Assembly: GCA_037379345.1 (NCBI GenBank)
Contig: CM074517.1
Coordinates: 14,942,001-15,006,000, forward strand
Direction of reading: 5' to 3'
Source: Perna viridis
Lineage: Eukaryota
Length of the DNA: 64,000 nt
The notes below the pieces were generated by a model. That model was not told the origin of the DNA and did not search any database. It saw only the letters and a program-made list of their open reading frames with translations. The position numbers and the translations under genes are program-made. Positions 62,231-64,000 of this stretch are shown here, piece by piece; position 1 is the first letter of the stretch, and the number at the start of each line of letters is the position of its first letter.

Positions 62231-64000
62231 TATAAGGAATGATTGTAATGTCTGTCTAATTTCATCAGATTTCCTGTCTGTTTAAGAAGCAGTCTTTAAT
62301 AGGTGATTCATACATGTTAAAACCCACAGAATTCACTTTTAATTCTTATCCAGCAACTGTTACAAACTCCGTAACAAGTCTTAGTTACAGACAAACTATC
62401 GGTTCATTAACATATAACATATGTAGACTAAAAAGCATCCTTTGTTCGGTGGGTTTTTCTACCCCATGAATCACCTTTGCCATTAACAGTGTCTAAATGT
62501 TATTTGGATTGGTCCCTTAAACACACATTAAGCATACTACAGTCATTTCTGATACTTGTTAATACTTTTCTTAACATTCGACTCTCCAGTGAGTAACTGG
62601 ATGATGTTACAGAGCAAGAGTAGTATTTAAGGTATGACTGTTTATGAAATTTAAACCTCAATCACGTGGTGCACACAAAATAACCTGCTACGCATTAAAA
62701 TGTGCATCTCGGGCATTGAGATTATTTCAGATAGACAAAAAAATATAAAAGTCATTCCTTATGATTAAATTTAATTATCAGAAATCATCCAGTAAATCAT
62801 TTAAAAGGTTTGATGACGTCACAGTCATTACAAAACCAGGTCTATAAGATGGAAGAATTTTTTTATCCAAACAGAATTCGTTTTAGTTCTGAAATTAAAT
62901 TATTTTTATATACTTCAGACAAGTATTGAAAATACTATGTGAATTTGAAAATCCTCTGTAATATCACGCTAAGTATATTAGATTTTTTTAAAGCAAATTT
63001 GTATTGTAATATATTGATATAAACCTCGATAGATGAATTTCCTGAACCGGTACCATATATCAGTTAACATAAACTATTTATTTACAATTATTGGATATTA
63101 TTGACCACAAAGTATACATCACAGTTAGTGTTAATATCAATTGTTTTATCTATTACTAAGGAAACAATAAAGGAATATCTTTCTAAAACATGTTTGTTCT
63201 TTTCAGTGGCTATTGATGTCATAGAAACATCCCAGTTCTAAGTTACTGCTATACAGCAGTATTAATATATGTAAGCAAACAATCCGAATTATGAGCAATT
63301 ATTCCACATGGTACGTTTGTGTGGCGGCTATTGAAATTTTCATTCCGCTGGTTTGTTTATTTAGGTATAGTTTTTGTGTTTCTTTCGTTTTTTTTTAAAT
63401 TTTGTTTTAATATGTGTGTTTGTTGTTGCAGTGTCATTGGTCTTTGGTGAATCTTTGTCATTTAACTCGACAGGGGTTGCTTTTATGACGAACAAGATGA
63501 CATTATCTGAGGTCAATTGTGAATTTATAGCAAATTATGAAAGCTTAAGTTCTAAAGAGTGCCATTTTTTTTTATAGTAACGATAGTTCTAATAATACTC
63601 AAAACACAATTCCATGATTGCCCCAAAGGAACTGTTTTTCTGTTTTTCACTTATTACATATTATTTCATTCAGTAGGTAAAAAAAAATCCGCTGCTTGTT
63701 TTAGAGACCATTTTCGTGAATGATCGTGAATCAGAGATAAGGACCGAAAATGTCATTATACGCTCCCGAAAGGAGAGTAAATGGTTGTATTATAAACTGG
63801 GTTCAGTATATGTATGGCCAGAAAAACCATCAATATCCGGTTTGCGCATGTAAAAAATAGGAGCTTAAAAACAGCATCAGTGCAGCTTCATTCTCGTATA
63901 CTTGGTAAATGTAATTGGTAATCATTCCAGTCTAGGAAATAGAAGCTAGCTTCGATGATTAAATACAAACGAAATCTTAGGTTTTTCCAAGATAGGGCTG

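Noticed and set aside
1-64000. Remaining 60-110 aa ORFs, tRNA/rRNA genes and prokaryotic systems
   Set aside because: ORF lengths and composition fit chance expectation. I saw no cloverleaf with A/B boxes, no rRNA-like tract and no operon structure.

Overview
AT-rich animal genomic DNA, not prokaryotic. It is probably from a bivalve mollusc; this is inferred from the Lox4-type Hox gene and from repeat families I recall from Mytilidae/oysters, and was not database-checked. The only well-supported protein-coding sequence is the terminal homeobox exon of a lophotrochozoan Lox4 (Ubx/abd-A group) Hox gene on the + strand (3955-4244). It follows the 3' part of an intron and is followed by a 3' UTR holding three miR-92-family seed sites within about 150 bp. 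The remaining ~58 kb has no recognisable intact gene; in the usual spiralian cluster order this would be the Lox4-Antp interval. It contains minisatellites, TTAA- and TA-flanked MITEs, Helentron-like elements, a SINE, a dispersed retroelement-derived family, several dense Hox/Pbx/Meis motif clusters (candidate enhancers), and a possible heavily decayed Mab-21/cGAS-like receptor pseudogene near 21.7-22.7 kb. I found nothing I can support as a wholly new biological system; the best leads are regulatory.
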